From Naegleria gruberi (Eukaryota), in assembly GCA_000004985.1 (NCBI GenBank), contig GG738916.1: DNA of 64,000 nucleotides, one strand, 5' to 3'. The notes beneath the pieces are model-generated. The model saw nothing but the letters and a program-made list of their open reading frames with translations, searched no databases and was not told the DNA's origin. Of the stretch, positions 22,438 through 33,034 are shown piece by piece (within the stretch, counting starts at the first letter, position 1; each line of letters begins with the position of its first letter). The translations under genes and the position numbers were made by a program.

Positions 22438-25400
22438 TTAAAAGAGAGGATAATTTAGAAGGTTCGATCTCTCGCAAACAATCTCGGGAGGTGTCTTATT
22501 CATTCTAGATCTGTAGACCTCCCTTAGATCGTCAATACTTGAAACACCTGTAAAAGTTGTTGTAACTCTAGGTACAAAATACAATCTCAATCGTTTTAGT
22601 TTTTGAAGTTGAATGACAAAATTGAGTAGACTTTGATAGGACAAGTCTTTTGTTCCTCTTCCAAAAATTTCAACATCTCTCAATTCTGTACATTTTTCTT
22701 CCAATCTTTCGAAAAAGTCTCTGGTTGGATTGTTACCATCCAATTCAATGTAGAGTGAATTCAATTTGTGATAACATCGCAAGGTATCCAATAATTCTGG
22801 AATTTCTTCATTGGAAAATTTGTAGTTGTGAATGTGGAAAGATTTGAGGTTGTGACATAACCTCTCGCTTGCGGTAAATTCATTCTTCCAATCCAAAGCT
22901 TTGATATTTACAGGTTTGTCAATTATTAAACATGTTAAACTGTGGGAATGATACTCGTAAATGGTCTTTAAAATAGAAAGACTGAAGAATTGAGAATTGT
23001 TCTTCAGAATAATATGGGAAAGTGAGGGAGGGAAAAATAGGGTAGTTCTAGGTTTTCTGGAGGATAGAGAAGTGTCGGAACGAGATTTTGGTATGATATT
23101 AATTTCACTCGTGCTAATGCTGGAATCGGATGATTTCTTGGAAAGTGTTGGGTTGTTAAATTTTCCACTGGCTGCTTTAAATAATTTGATAAAACTTGCC
23201 TCGATTTCATCTATTGGAACAGCATCATTCTTTTGGTTGGAAACAGTAATGGATCTCAAACTAGGGAAGGAAAAGAGTGTAAACAGGATATTGAATATAG
23301 TGGCCGAAGTTTTGTTAAATGTCAAACTCTGAACTTTGAAACATCTCAAAAGCTTTTCATTATTAATTAATGTAAAGTCATTAGATTGAACTTGATTAAT
23401 TTCGGAAGACTCGACAAGTGTCATGAAGGTATGTACTGATGGAGTTCCACTGGAAATGTGATCAGACAATGAAAAACTCTTCAACGATTTCCTAAATAAA
23501 TATAAAATTTGTGCAATTAAAGTATCAGATATGGAGCAGTTAGAAATCTCCAAATATTCCAAAATATGGGAACTGGTGAGTAAGTTGAAACATTTTGGAT
23601 TGAGAGTGTTATCTATTTTTTTGGTTGTAATATTTGTCATTTTCAGATTTCTTAGAGAAGGACAAATGGCCAATGTTTCAATCAGAGTGGTTTCATCGCT
23701 GATCATGTAGTGGTCAATTGTCAATTTGGATAATTTTTCGAATTTTCCTTGAGGGAACCCTAAGAATGCATAGTCTAGTATGGCCTTTTCACAAGTTGAC
23801 AATAGATAAACCTCTCTCAATGATTTGGTATGATGTCGTAAGATCTTTAGCACACCAGATGTGACATCAACTGAGCCGTTCTGAGTGTGACGGAAGTATT
23901 GGAGAGTATTTTTACATCCCAGCACGAAAGATTGATCAGCCAATCCTCCAGAAAGTATAAATGACCAATCAGTTGCTGCTCCATGATCTACAGTGGAAAG
24001 TCGTGTTAACATTGGAAATAGTACAATAGGATTAGAGCACGTCTGCTTCTTGAGATACTGCAACAATTGTTGGAATAGTGTATCAGATTCAGTACTGGCC
24101 TTATGTTGATAAAAATCTATTGATTGAAGATGAGAACTCTTGAGCCTGTTCAAGAATTTTTCAATGACTTGACTTTCGTTGGAGAGGGAGTGAAAAAGCT
24201 TGGAAGCAAGTTTGGATGTATTTCCAACCACAACGCCACTACTCAGGTTCATAGGTAGTGTGGATATTGCTCCGTTAAATGAAATTGATTTGAGTTTTGG
24301 AAAGTCTTGAATAATATCTACTTGATCCAAAAATCCATGTGGCACCAATCCTCCAATTGTGAGATGAGTCAATCCCTTTTTCAAATGCTCCAAAGGTTGC
24401 AGAGAGTCAATTGTATTACTTCCAGTAGTTACTCCATCAAATACTACCTTTAAGGAAACCAGTGAGGTTGTTAATTTCAATAGAGAATTTAGCTCTCCTT
24501 TCTTTTTTGGTAAGTAATTGAGAAGATTCAGCTCTCTAATTCTAGGAAGTAAGCTTTCAAAGTTTAAAAGATTCAGATTTTGATCTTCAACATTTGGGCT
24601 GGTATTGATGGTTATCTCTGGGTCCTGACCTGTTGCCATTAGTTTGGAAAAAAAGCTACTCGATGCTGTTTTCAAATTTGGGAAAATCGAGTCAAAAGCA
24701 AAGGTTTTCGTAAAAGTCAAACTTAAACGAGTAATATTCTTAAAAATTCCAATTTGAATCAAACTCTTTCTAAAGCTACTAATAACACTATCCACTAGAA
24801 TTTCATCTCCAAAATATCTCAAATCAAAAGTATTAAAATCAATCAAATATTGTTGAATTCCGAGTTCATTAGCCATATCCATATCCAAAGAAATTTTCTT
24901 ATCCATGAAATCAAACTTTGAAAGGTACTGTGTGAATTCATTGTGTGCAGAGTTTGTTCTGACCATTCTTGGAGTATTCGCTTCTGACCTTGGCGTGGTT
25001 ACACTAGTTGGAGTATCTCTACCTCTTGGTGTGATGGTTTGAGAACGAGATTGTTTAGTCGGTGTGGAGGGAACTGACTTTTTCTTATCTTCCCCATTCC
25101 TAGCCATTTCCACAAGTGTTTGAATCAGGAATTGAAATGTTGATTTTTTCAATCGGTTCTTTAATGATTTTCCATCACTCATACCATTGATTATACTCGT
25201 ATTGTTACTATTGTGTTGATGATTACTAGGTGTATTGGATGATGATGACAATGACGAAGATGACACATTAATAGAATTATCAATAGCATATTCCAATCCA
25301 CCTCCCACAATGTACAAAGTTACCAGAACTGATAACCACTTACTCGACAAGATCTCCTTCATCAATGTCTTATCATCCATGAATGACATGATTTGATAGT

Positions 25401-25686
25401 GAATTTCCAGAGGAAGTTTGGAAAATAAATTTCTAAACCTAACAACGGCCTGGCTCGCATTGATATTAACCAATCCAGGTGTATGTTCTCTACTCGATGG
25501 TAGAATCTTCCGAATTGGAGAATCAGCATTAAAATCCCTGAAAAAGTCATCATATAAATTTTGTAGTGAATTGTTGAAAATTATGGTTTTTGATGAGGAG
25601 TCATCTTGATGATTCGGATGTTGATGACCATTCTTTTGATCTATTGTAGAAGATAAATCTTTCCTATTATTATTATTATTTTGCAT
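22438..25686 (-). CDS. Large F-box / leucine-rich-repeat protein
   Basis: 1082-aa ORF. N-terminal region has LPLEIHYQIMSFMDDKTLMKEILSSKWLSVL (F-box) after a poly-N/S tract. Long LRR-like L-x-x-L-x-L repeats run through the rest. Confidence 0.55.
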   Translation of the reverse strand: MQNNNNNRKDLSSTIDQKNGHQHPNHQDDSSSKTIIFNNSLQNLYDDFFRDFNADSPIRKILPSSREHTPGLVNINASQAVVRFRNLFSKLPLEIHYQIMSFMDDKTLMKEILSSKWLSVLVTLYIVGGGLEYAIDNSINVSSSSLSSSSNTPSNHQHNSNNTSIINGMSDGKSLKNRLKKSTFQFLIQTLVEMARNGEDKKKSVPSTPTKQSRSQTITPRGRDTPTSVTTPRSEANTPRMVRTNSAHNEFTQYLSKFDFMDKKISLDMDMANELGIQQYLIDFNTFDLRYFGDEILVDSVISSFRKSLIQIGIFKNITRLSLTFTKTFAFDSIFPNLKTASSSFFSKLMATGQDPEITINTSPNVEDQNLNLLNFESLLPRIRELNLLNYLPKKKGELNSLLKLTTSLVSLKVVFDGVTTGSNTIDSLQPLEHLKKGLTHLTIGGLVPHGFLDQVDIIQDFPKLKSISFNGAISTLPMNLSSGVVVGNTSKLASKLFHSLSNESQVIEKFLNRLKSSHLQSIDFYQHKASTESDTLFQQLLQYLKKQTCSNPIVLFPMLTRLSTVDHGAATDWSFILSGGLADQSFVLGCKNTLQYFRHTQNGSVDVTSGVLKILRHHTKSLREVYLLSTCEKAILDYAFLGFPQGKFEKLSKLTIDHYMISDETTLIETLAICPSLRNLKMTNITTKKIDNTLNPKCFNLLTSSHILEYLEISNCSISDTLIAQILYLFRKSLKSFSLSDHISSGTPSVHTFMTLVESSEINQVQSNDFTLINNEKLLRCFKVQSLTFNKTSATIFNILFTLFSFPSLRSITVSNQKNDAVPIDEIEASFIKLFKAASGKFNNPTLSKKSSDSSISTSEINIIPKSRSDTSLSSRKPRTTLFFPPSLSHIILKNNSQFFSLSILKTIYEYHSHSLTCLIIDKPVNIKALDWKNEFTASERLCHNLKSFHIHNYKFSNEEIPELLDTLRCYHKLNSLYIELDGNNPTRDFFERLEEKCTELRDVEIFGRGTKDLSYQSLLNFVIQLQKLKRLRLYFVPRVTTTFTGVSSIDDLREVYRSRMNKTPPEIVCERSNLLNYPLF

Positions 25687-26201
25687 CTGTTTAAAACCAA
25701 ATTTTGATGATGATGAAAATTATTACAGCAGCATAAGCAGCAGTTAATTGTAATTACTATAATACTATTATTCTTTAGGAGTGTTTATATTAACAAGGCC
25801 ATCAATAGCGCATAAAGAACACAACTGGTTGCCTATTTCCTTTTTTCGTGAAGTGTTCTTTTATGTTGTCAATGCTGACGATCAATAAATTGCTTTTCCA
25901 AATAATCAAATTTTTTTGTCAATTATCGAATATCGTTCTACGTGATGATAACAAGGCTGGTATTATTGTTTTGAAGCTTTCAGTGAAATTGGATAACGAT
26001 GACGAATTCATAAGGAGTTGGTTGGCTTTTGGGTGGTGTTATAATCGTGTGTTACAACATTGGGAGTTACAACCAATAATTTATTAATAAATCAACCTTG
26101 AAATTGAAAGAACTTGTTGCCTCTACTTGAACAAGATCAAAAAAAACAACTCCTGTATCTGTTAGTGTTTGCACAAGAGAGCCAAGTTATTGTTATTCAT
26201 C

Positions 26202-27080
26202 ATGAGTCAAGTTGAATTTAAAGAAATTAAACCTGGTATTTTCCACTTTAGAAATTTGTTGAGCAAGGAAGAGTGTGAGGAGATTATCCAACACGGAGAG
26301 AAGACTTCCTACAAGCAAGTACCTACAACTGGTGGCAGACAATTGGTTTGGTGTGGAGTGGAGGCTTCCGAGGTTAGAAATAATCAGAGAATTATTGAAG
26401 AGTGCACTGAATTTACTAGAAGATATAGTGCCACCATCTTTGAAAGAGTGGCCAAGCATCTTCCAAAAGATTTGGAATTTAGATTCAAGAGTTTGCCAAC
26501 TGAAGTTAATCGTGCTGATGTTTGTCCTACTTTGGAGAAGGCAAAGGAATGGAAATTATTCAGTGTGAGCGATAAGTTTAGAATGTACAAGTATGAGAAG
26601 AAGCAACATTTCCTCAAGCATTTTGATGGCACCAATAAGAGAATTCTCTCCTTGACTGAAGGTAAAAAACCTGTCAAGCAATTTACTGAACAAAGCTTTA
26701 TGACATTCCTTGTCTATTTGAATGATGTTGAAAAGGGAGGTGAAACTCAATTCTTTGATACCTATTCCAAGGAAGAAACCTTTGATATCAAGCCAGAAAT
26801 GGGTAGTGGTGTTGTTTTCTTGCACGAATTGCTTCATCAAGGTAATGATGTCTTGGGTGGCGTCAAGTACTTGTTGAGAACTGATATTTGCTACATGAAA
26901 CAAAAGGAAATTGTTGAGGATGGTCAAAAGAATATCAATTATACCATGAAGGTTTCTGCAGATCAAAAGAAGAATAAGAATTCACAAAACAACATCTTGG
27001 AGCTTTTACCACAAGGAGACTATGCCATTTCAGAATGGCAAAAGATTTTCCATCCAAGTTGTCAACACTATACTGACTAG
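26202..27080 (+). CDS. Cytoplasmic prolyl 4-hydroxylase-like 2OG-Fe(II) oxygenase
   Basis: Track ORF 26169..27080 starts on TTG; the first ATG is at 26202 (MSQVEFKEIKPG). HFDG (HxD iron site), VVFLHELLHQG (distal His) and the P4Hc jelly-roll pattern are present. No signal peptide. Confidence 0.65.
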   Translation: MSQVEFKEIKPGIFHFRNLLSKEECEEIIQHGEKTSYKQVPTTGGRQLVWCGVEASEVRNNQRIIEECTEFTRRYSATIFERVAKHLPKDLEFRFKSLPTEVNRADVCPTLEKAKEWKLFSVSDKFRMYKYEKKQHFLKHFDGTNKRILSLTEGKKPVKQFTEQSFMTFLVYLNDVEKGGETQFFDTYSKEETFDIKPEMGSGVVFLHELLHQGNDVLGGVKYLLRTDICYMKQKEIVEDGQKNINYTMKVSADQKKNKNSQNNILELLPQGDYAISEWQKIFHPSCQHYTD

Positions 27081-27514
27081 ATGCATTCACAAGCATTACA
27101 CACAATGATGACAGAAACTGAGTGTGGACCAATTTTTCAATCCATGATTAATAACGAATCAGTGTTGATTAGTCGAAAGGATTGAATAATTTCATACACT
27201 TTGAAAATCTCTTTCACACTCTTGGAAAGAGACCTACTGAGAGCTCTGCACAATTCAAAACAATGTACATTAGGAATAGAGCTTATTCTGCCAATTATTG
27301 GTGAAGATACATTTCAAATAAATGAACTGTTTGAAAATCACACAACGCCTAAAATCAGACCATAAAATCAATTTTCAAATTGAACATACACCTATATTTC
27401 CACCTTTACAATGAAAATTCCCCTTAATGGCTTTTAAGCCTAAAAACAGGTTCATAAAAGGCGAATTTTAAAAATATCCGTAAAGGTGCCGAGAACCCAA
27501 ACAAACAAAAAAAA

Positions 27515-27646
27515 ATGTCTTTGAACGTTGATACTAAATCATTCGCTTGTGGTGTTGCTACTGGTATTCTCATCTCTGTCGTCGGTCTCTTGGTCTGCAA
27601 GAAGTGTTGTTGCAAGAAGGACGGATGTTGCAAGAAGCAAGAATAA
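27515..27646 (+). CDS. Small (43 aa) single-TM protein with Cys/Lys-rich tail (not in ORF track)
   Basis: AAAAAAAAATG start context. MSLNVDTKSFACGVATGILISVVGLLVCKKCCCKKDGCCKKQE, TAA stop. Codon usage matches neighbours. The antisense ORF 27424..27633 is likely spurious. Confidence 0.4.
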   Translation: MSLNVDTKSFACGVATGILISVVGLLVCKKCCCKKDGCCKKQE

Positions 27647-27881
27647 GTCTGTTGTGGTCTACCTTGATATCACTTAATAAAGTTCTTTTTGGATTTCATC
27701 TAATATTTATCGTAAGATGACACCCTTTTTGGAGTATTTTGAAGAAGTCTTAGATTAACATTAAAATCTATCATAGCCATCATGAAAGGCAAGCAGGAAG
27801 GTTGGTTTCAAAATCAGAAAGGTTGCAATAAGGCATGGTAATTTGAGCAAGAATTATTTAATCATTGGTTGGTGACCGCGA

Positions 27882-27954
27882 TCCCCCTTAGCTCAGTCGG
27901 TAGAGCGTCAGACTGTTAATCTGCAGGTCGGTGGTTCGAGCCCACCAGGGGGAG
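27882..27954 (+). tRNA. tRNA-Asn (GTT)
   Basis: 73-nt cloverleaf: acceptor TCCCCCT/AGGGGGA, D-arm AGCTCAGTCGGTAGAGC, anticodon stem CAGAC/GTCTG?-like with loop CTGTTAA (anticodon GTT), T-arm GGTGGTTCGAGCCCACC. No encoded CCA. Confidence 0.9.
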
Positions 27955-28117
27955 ATAATTATTTTGTTGAGTCTGTTCAATTTTTTCTATTTCATGTTGC
28001 ACAATTTACTTGCACTTATTTTATATGTTAATTGAAATAAATAATAAACAATTGTAATTTCATTTAACAAAGGAATTTCCAATTTTTACTAAGACTCGAA
28101 CAGGATGCAGAGAATGA

Positions 28118-29473
28118 ATGATGAAGATTTACAAAAAAATGTCAGACTTGTTGATGTTTCACAGCCACGATTTAACTGATCAATTACCAACAGAAATGTT
28201 GTTAGAAATATTTTCCTTCCTCCATTCAAAATTCCGCCTCCTAACGCTTTCTCTCGTTTGTAAAAAGTGGAAGTTTCTATCGCTCACCAAAACGAAATTT
28301 AATGTTGAATTTAAAGGTGCAAAATCATCAACATTTATTAATAATGCACTATTTGAAATTGATCGGCAGCAGCTACTTGTAGATAAATTGGAATTTGGTG
28401 AAAACCCAGTTTCTCAAGCAACATTGGAAATTGTTGAAAATTTAAGAACAAGTTTACAATATTTAAAATGTCTTGTTCCTATTGATGAATTGCGGTTTAT
28501 TATTAATCAATTTTCAAATTTAAAATCTCTTGATATCAGAAGATCTAAATTATCTGATAATTCAATTTGTCATGAATTAATGAATAGCAAATTGTCATTA
28601 CCTAATTTAGTAGAATTGAAAATTGAAAATGAATTTAATAATGCAAAAACAGGTGATCATTCAATTAAAGCACAGCTTGTTTCCTTGACGATTGATGGTC
28701 CTAAAACGTATGGACGTATGTTCAAAATTAGGAAACCAGTTGTTGCTAATTTAGAATATCCAAATTTGAAAAAATTGGAACTAATTGACGTTGTTATTGA
28801 AAGTAGAACCTTGCCAATCGGTTTGAAATCACTTGCATTGATTGGATGCGATGTGAATTTCATAGAATTTGAAAGAGTTTCTGAAAGTTTAGAAAAATTA
28901 GAAATTAACCTTGTTACTACTGATGATGTTAATTTTTTACAAAAATCTAATTTAAAGAATTTAAAGAAATTAAAGATTACTAATCAGGATTTAACATTTT
29001 GGGAGAAATTAGAGAAGGTTTATCAAGATGAGTGGAAAGCTTTTACTTTAACAAGTTTTACCTTTGATAGAAATTATTCCAAAACGGTAAAAAAATTATG
29101 TAACTTGGATCTGTTAACAAGTTTAGACATTAGCAATGGCAAAATTTCATCCAATGATGTTATTGATCTTCTTAATGAATGTGAAATGAAAAATTTAACA
29201 AAATTGAAAGCTCAAAATTGTTCACTTTCTCAAGAAGTAATTCCAATTATAGAGAAAATGAAATCATTGAAATATTTGGACTTGAGTTTAAATTCATCAA
29301 TGAAAGATTCTGAAAGAGAGATTATTTGTGGAATGGAAATTGATTATATTGATTGTGGTGGAAAAAACTTCGATGAAATGAAAGAAACTAATGTTGAATT
29401 TTTAGATTCACTTTCGAATATTTCAATTTTTGAACCTAGAAAGAGCATTGAAATTTTGGAAACCAAAAATTAA
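28118..29473 (+). CDS. F-box / LRR protein
   Basis: 451-aa ORF. LPTEMLLEIFSFLHSKFRLLTLSLVCKKWKFLSL is a canonical F-box. It is followed by LRR-like repeats (LKSLDIRRSKL, LVELKIENE, LKKLELIDV, LKYLDLSLN). Confidence 0.6.
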   Translation: MMKIYKKMSDLLMFHSHDLTDQLPTEMLLEIFSFLHSKFRLLTLSLVCKKWKFLSLTKTKFNVEFKGAKSSTFINNALFEIDRQQLLVDKLEFGENPVSQATLEIVENLRTSLQYLKCLVPIDELRFIINQFSNLKSLDIRRSKLSDNSICHELMNSKLSLPNLVELKIENEFNNAKTGDHSIKAQLVSLTIDGPKTYGRMFKIRKPVVANLEYPNLKKLELIDVVIESRTLPIGLKSLALIGCDVNFIEFERVSESLEKLEINLVTTDDVNFLQKSNLKNLKKLKITNQDLTFWEKLEKVYQDEWKAFTLTSFTFDRNYSKTVKKLCNLDLLTSLDISNGKISSNDVIDLLNECEMKNLTKLKAQNCSLSQEVIPIIEKMKSLKYLDLSLNSSMKDSEREIICGMEIDYIDCGGKNFDEMKETNVEFLDSLSNISIFEPRKSIEILETKN

Positions 29474-29626
29474 TTTGATATTGATAAGAAATTCAGTTTA
29501 TTGATTAAGGAAATTCATGGAATTACAAACAGACACAATCAATTCAAATCAAGGAAATATTTTTCCTATTCAGTAGAATGTTCAATAGTTTCCAATAGGA
29601 AAAGTTCAGAAATTCACTCGACAAGA

Positions 29627-31216
29627 ATGATTCCATTCACAGAAAACTTACACTGGAACGAAGAAATTACATTTAATTCATTGATTTCTGAAATTTCATG
29701 TGACTATTGCATTCAAATTTCACTCATACGTTTCGATTTGGATTCAATGACAGGTACACTTTCCAGAAGGGAATTTCTTAAATGTAAATGTCCAGTATTC
29801 GATTCAAGCTTTCAATTATACCAAGGAGATTTAAATTTGCATTTGGACTCGGATATTTACCTAAATGTTGAGTTTCAAAATCATGGTTTTAATATCAAAT
29901 ATGAATTGGACAGGCCTATTGAACGACCATTTTTAGAGACTTTTGATATGGAAACAGGAATTGACTTGAGCGATTCCTCATTACTTGTTCCATTCCTTCG
30001 AAGAATTTCGTTTGAAAATCAATGGGTTATTTATGAATCTAGAAAATTAATTTCACAATGGGAAAAACCAGAAATTCATGAAATTGTAATATTACTCAGT
30101 GGAAATATTGGATTATTTGTAAAATCATTAATTATTCAATTATTGGAGCAAGTAGATCATGGTTTATTAACAAGTTTGTTACCATTTCTCATTCATTGTG
30201 TCAAATTTGATTCAGTGAATGGTGTACTAGTTGAATATTTATTGAAGTTATCGGTGAAATCAAAATCTATTGGAAATCAATTGTTTTGGCTTTTAAAAAC
30301 AGAATCAATTTATCATCAAGTGTGTAAATTAACGATTTCAAAATATTTGAAAATGATAGATAATGATGATATTGAAATTATTAGAAACCAATGTTTATTT
30401 TTCGATTCTATTGAGGAACGTAAAACATTCGAATTGAACTATCAAGTATTAATGCCTTTTACCATGTCCAAAATTAAAACTATTCACAAATTTATCTATC
30501 CTGAAACCAAGATTCAAAATCCACAACTTCACTTGGAGCTTGACAATGGAACATTCCTTGAATTGATTTACTATTCAAATTCTCCTGATATTTATTCAAC
30601 TTTTGCAATCAATAATTTTATAAATATTATTGGAAGAGATGTAAATAACACTACTATTGGACATTTTGTAATTGGATATAGGAGAGGATTTGTGATCATT
30701 CCAGATTCATTGAAACTTGTCCAAATTAATGAAACTGGTTTTCAAATATTTAGTGAACTTTGCAAAAACCAAAAAGCTCAAACATTTGCAGAGAATTTCA
30801 CAACAAGTTTAATATTAGAAATGTTTATAGCAGTATACTTTAATTCCAATTCTATTGATGAATTTTACATTAATGAAGAAGGTGGCATAATGTTGAAACT
30901 GTATTCTCTTTCATACACGAAAGAATTCGCATCTAAAAGAAACCAGAATAAGTTTGATGGATGGCTTACAAAATATCATGATGATTTCATTGAAAAGTTA
31001 AAGAATTTGATTCAAAAATTGGTGGACTATTTGAAGAAAACTGGATTGGCTTTTGGATTTTTTACTGCATTCACTCTTCCATCTCAATCTTGTGGATTTA
31101 GTAATCAGATTCATTTACAATACTTTACAAAATTTTTGAATGAAGATGTGAATATTGTGAGCGAGAAAATTCTACCAACATTTTTCTCCTCAGATCACTA
31201 TTCTAAAACCAACTAA
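29627..31216 (+). CDS. PI3K/PI4K-family-like protein (C2-like + helical accessory + degenerate catalytic domain; probable pseudokinase)
   Basis: Track ORF 29501..31216 starts on TTG; the first ATG is 29627. The central region resembles the PIK helical domain (LLEQVDHGLLTSLLPFLIHCVKFD...IGNQLFWLLKTESIY). The C-terminal region aligns with the PI3K catalytic fold (GFVIIPDSLKLVQI; SLILEMFIAVYFNSNSIDEFYINEEGGIMLKLYSLSY). The GDDLRQD, DRHxxN and DFG motifs are absent. Confidence 0.4.
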   Translation: MIPFTENLHWNEEITFNSLISEISCDYCIQISLIRFDLDSMTGTLSRREFLKCKCPVFDSSFQLYQGDLNLHLDSDIYLNVEFQNHGFNIKYELDRPIERPFLETFDMETGIDLSDSSLLVPFLRRISFENQWVIYESRKLISQWEKPEIHEIVILLSGNIGLFVKSLIIQLLEQVDHGLLTSLLPFLIHCVKFDSVNGVLVEYLLKLSVKSKSIGNQLFWLLKTESIYHQVCKLTISKYLKMIDNDDIEIIRNQCLFFDSIEERKTFELNYQVLMPFTMSKIKTIHKFIYPETKIQNPQLHLELDNGTFLELIYYSNSPDIYSTFAINNFINIIGRDVNNTTIGHFVIGYRRGFVIIPDSLKLVQINETGFQIFSELCKNQKAQTFAENFTTSLILEMFIAVYFNSNSIDEFYINEEGGIMLKLYSLSYTKEFASKRNQNKFDGWLTKYHDDFIEKLKNLIQKLVDYLKKTGLAFGFFTAFTLPSQSCGFSNQIHLQYFTKFLNEDVNIVSEKILPTFFSSDHYSKTN

Positions 31217-31368
31217 ACCCACGTATTAGTAGTAACACAACAAATGAATATTCTTTACAAAAAGAACTTTGAACATTGGAATCAAAACGTCAAATCACTC
31301 ATCACAAAACATTTCATGAAATTTGATTTTTCTTCCATTTTGCAATCTGATTTCCTGTATGTAAAAAA

Positions 31369-32967
31369 ATGTTATCTACATCTAGTTCTTCATTGCCCCT
31401 CAACCAATTAACCTCTCGTATTGGTCACAGTGGTATCTTTCATAAGGATCAGGTCTACCTTTTCGGAGGCTTTGTCAATTCCAACACTCTAGACAAACCT
31501 CTTGTTTATGTAAATGATCTGATTCAGGTGGATGTTTCTACTAGAAAGTGGGTAAACAAGACAACACACAATATCGGACCAAGTGCTCGTAACTTCCACT
31601 CATCATGTCTTTTGAAAGGAAAAGAAAATGATGATCGTAGTGGTGATGGTGCTGAGAGATGATTATTTTTGGCGGGAAATCAAATGGTTTTCATAATGAC
31701 GTTTGGTCGTATCGATTTGATACTTCTGAGTGGAGATTATTGGAACCTAGTAGTGGTGTTAGTGGTGTTAGTGGTGGTAATCAGATGATTAGTCCACGTT
31801 ATGGTCAATCGGCAACTATTTATGGTGATTATTTGGTTGTGTTTGGTGGTTATGATAACAATAGTTTCACATCGAATGAATTGTTTATTTTCAATTTGGA
31901 GAGTAGAGAATGGAAATTGATAGAATTGAGTGTTGAAATTAAGGGAAGATATTATCATGCTAGTGTTTTGGATGAAGAAACTGGTGATTGGTATATTTTG
32001 GGTGGTAAATCAGCTACTAATCTTGTTAAGGATTTTGTAAAGATTAAATTGTCTACTCTGGATGTGGATAAGGCTACTTGCCAATCGGAGGTATTAATTT
32101 CTGAACTTGATGGCTTTGCTCCAAGATTTGGTCATTCATTGGTGTTGGAAAAATCAGAAAATGGTAAAAGACTTTACTCCATTGGTGGTTGTAATAATAA
32201 GGTTGACCATTTGGATTGTATCTATATTGATTTAAATAACATCAAGAATGGTTGGGATGTAACTTATACTCATTCTCTTTCCCACACTTTCAAAAGCAAA
32301 GATGTTGGACCCGTATTTCATGCAAATGTTCCATTCCAAGTGATCAATGAAGATGATAGTATTGCTATGAATTACTTTGTATTTGGTGGTACTTATCAAA
32401 AGACTGAGGATTCTAAAATTCAAGAGACCAGCCAACAAACAGATAAGATTGAAAAGAAGCAGAAAAAGAAACAAGCTGGTGAGCCATCATTTAATATTGA
32501 AGTATTTGATAATGTGATGAATGATGACATTTTCAGATTGGTTCTCTCATTCATGACAATTTCAGATTTGTGTAAATTAGAGTTGGTCTCTAAGAAATTG
32601 AGAATTTGCAAGCTCACCTCAGAGGATCAATACTGGAAGGATTATTACTATCAAAGGATTAATTTATATTTGGAAGCAAGCAAAACTTATAACTATAATT
32701 ACAACAAGATAACTAGAGCTTATGAAACTAATTATCAATATTCTGAGATCTATACTTCATACCTCAAATTTACTAGCAACTATAAGAGACGTTTGATTGA
32801 AGTTATTGGAGAATGCATGTCAAAAGCTGACAGAGATCACCACAAGAGAACCAGTTATATTGAAGGTTTGTCACAATGTGGAAGTGACATCTACGTTCCT
32901 AAAGAAGAAATTCTCAAGTACAAGTTGAAAAATGCTTCAACAAGTGCTTTTAAAATTGTTCAAGTTG
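31369..32967 (+). CDS. Kelch-repeat protein with C-terminal-side F-box-like motif; frame broken at about 31655; possibly continuous with downstream Rho GTPase exons
   Basis: ORFs 31369..31662 and 31659..32987 overlap by 4 nt in different frames, inside one Kelch blade (..GPSARNFHSSCLLKGKENDDRSGDGAER / MIIFGGKSNGFHNDVWSYRFDTSEWR). Multiple Kelch blades (LFGGF, IFGG, VFGGY, ILGG, IGGC, VFGGT) are followed by NDDIFRLVLSFMTISDLCKLELVSKKLRI, an F-box-like motif. The ORF has no stop before a GTGAGT donor at 32968. The in-frame TGA at 32985 lies inside that intron. Confidence 0.55.
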
Positions 32968-33034
32968 GTGAGTTGTCATTTATTTGAGAAAATACTTGAA
33001 TACTAATTAATCAATTGAAATTTCAAATAATAAG

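Noticed and set aside
27424-27633. 69-aa ORF on the minus strand
   Set aside because: It is antisense to the better-supported 43-codon TM/Cys-rich ORF, which has a strong AAAAATG context. Its composition is atypical.
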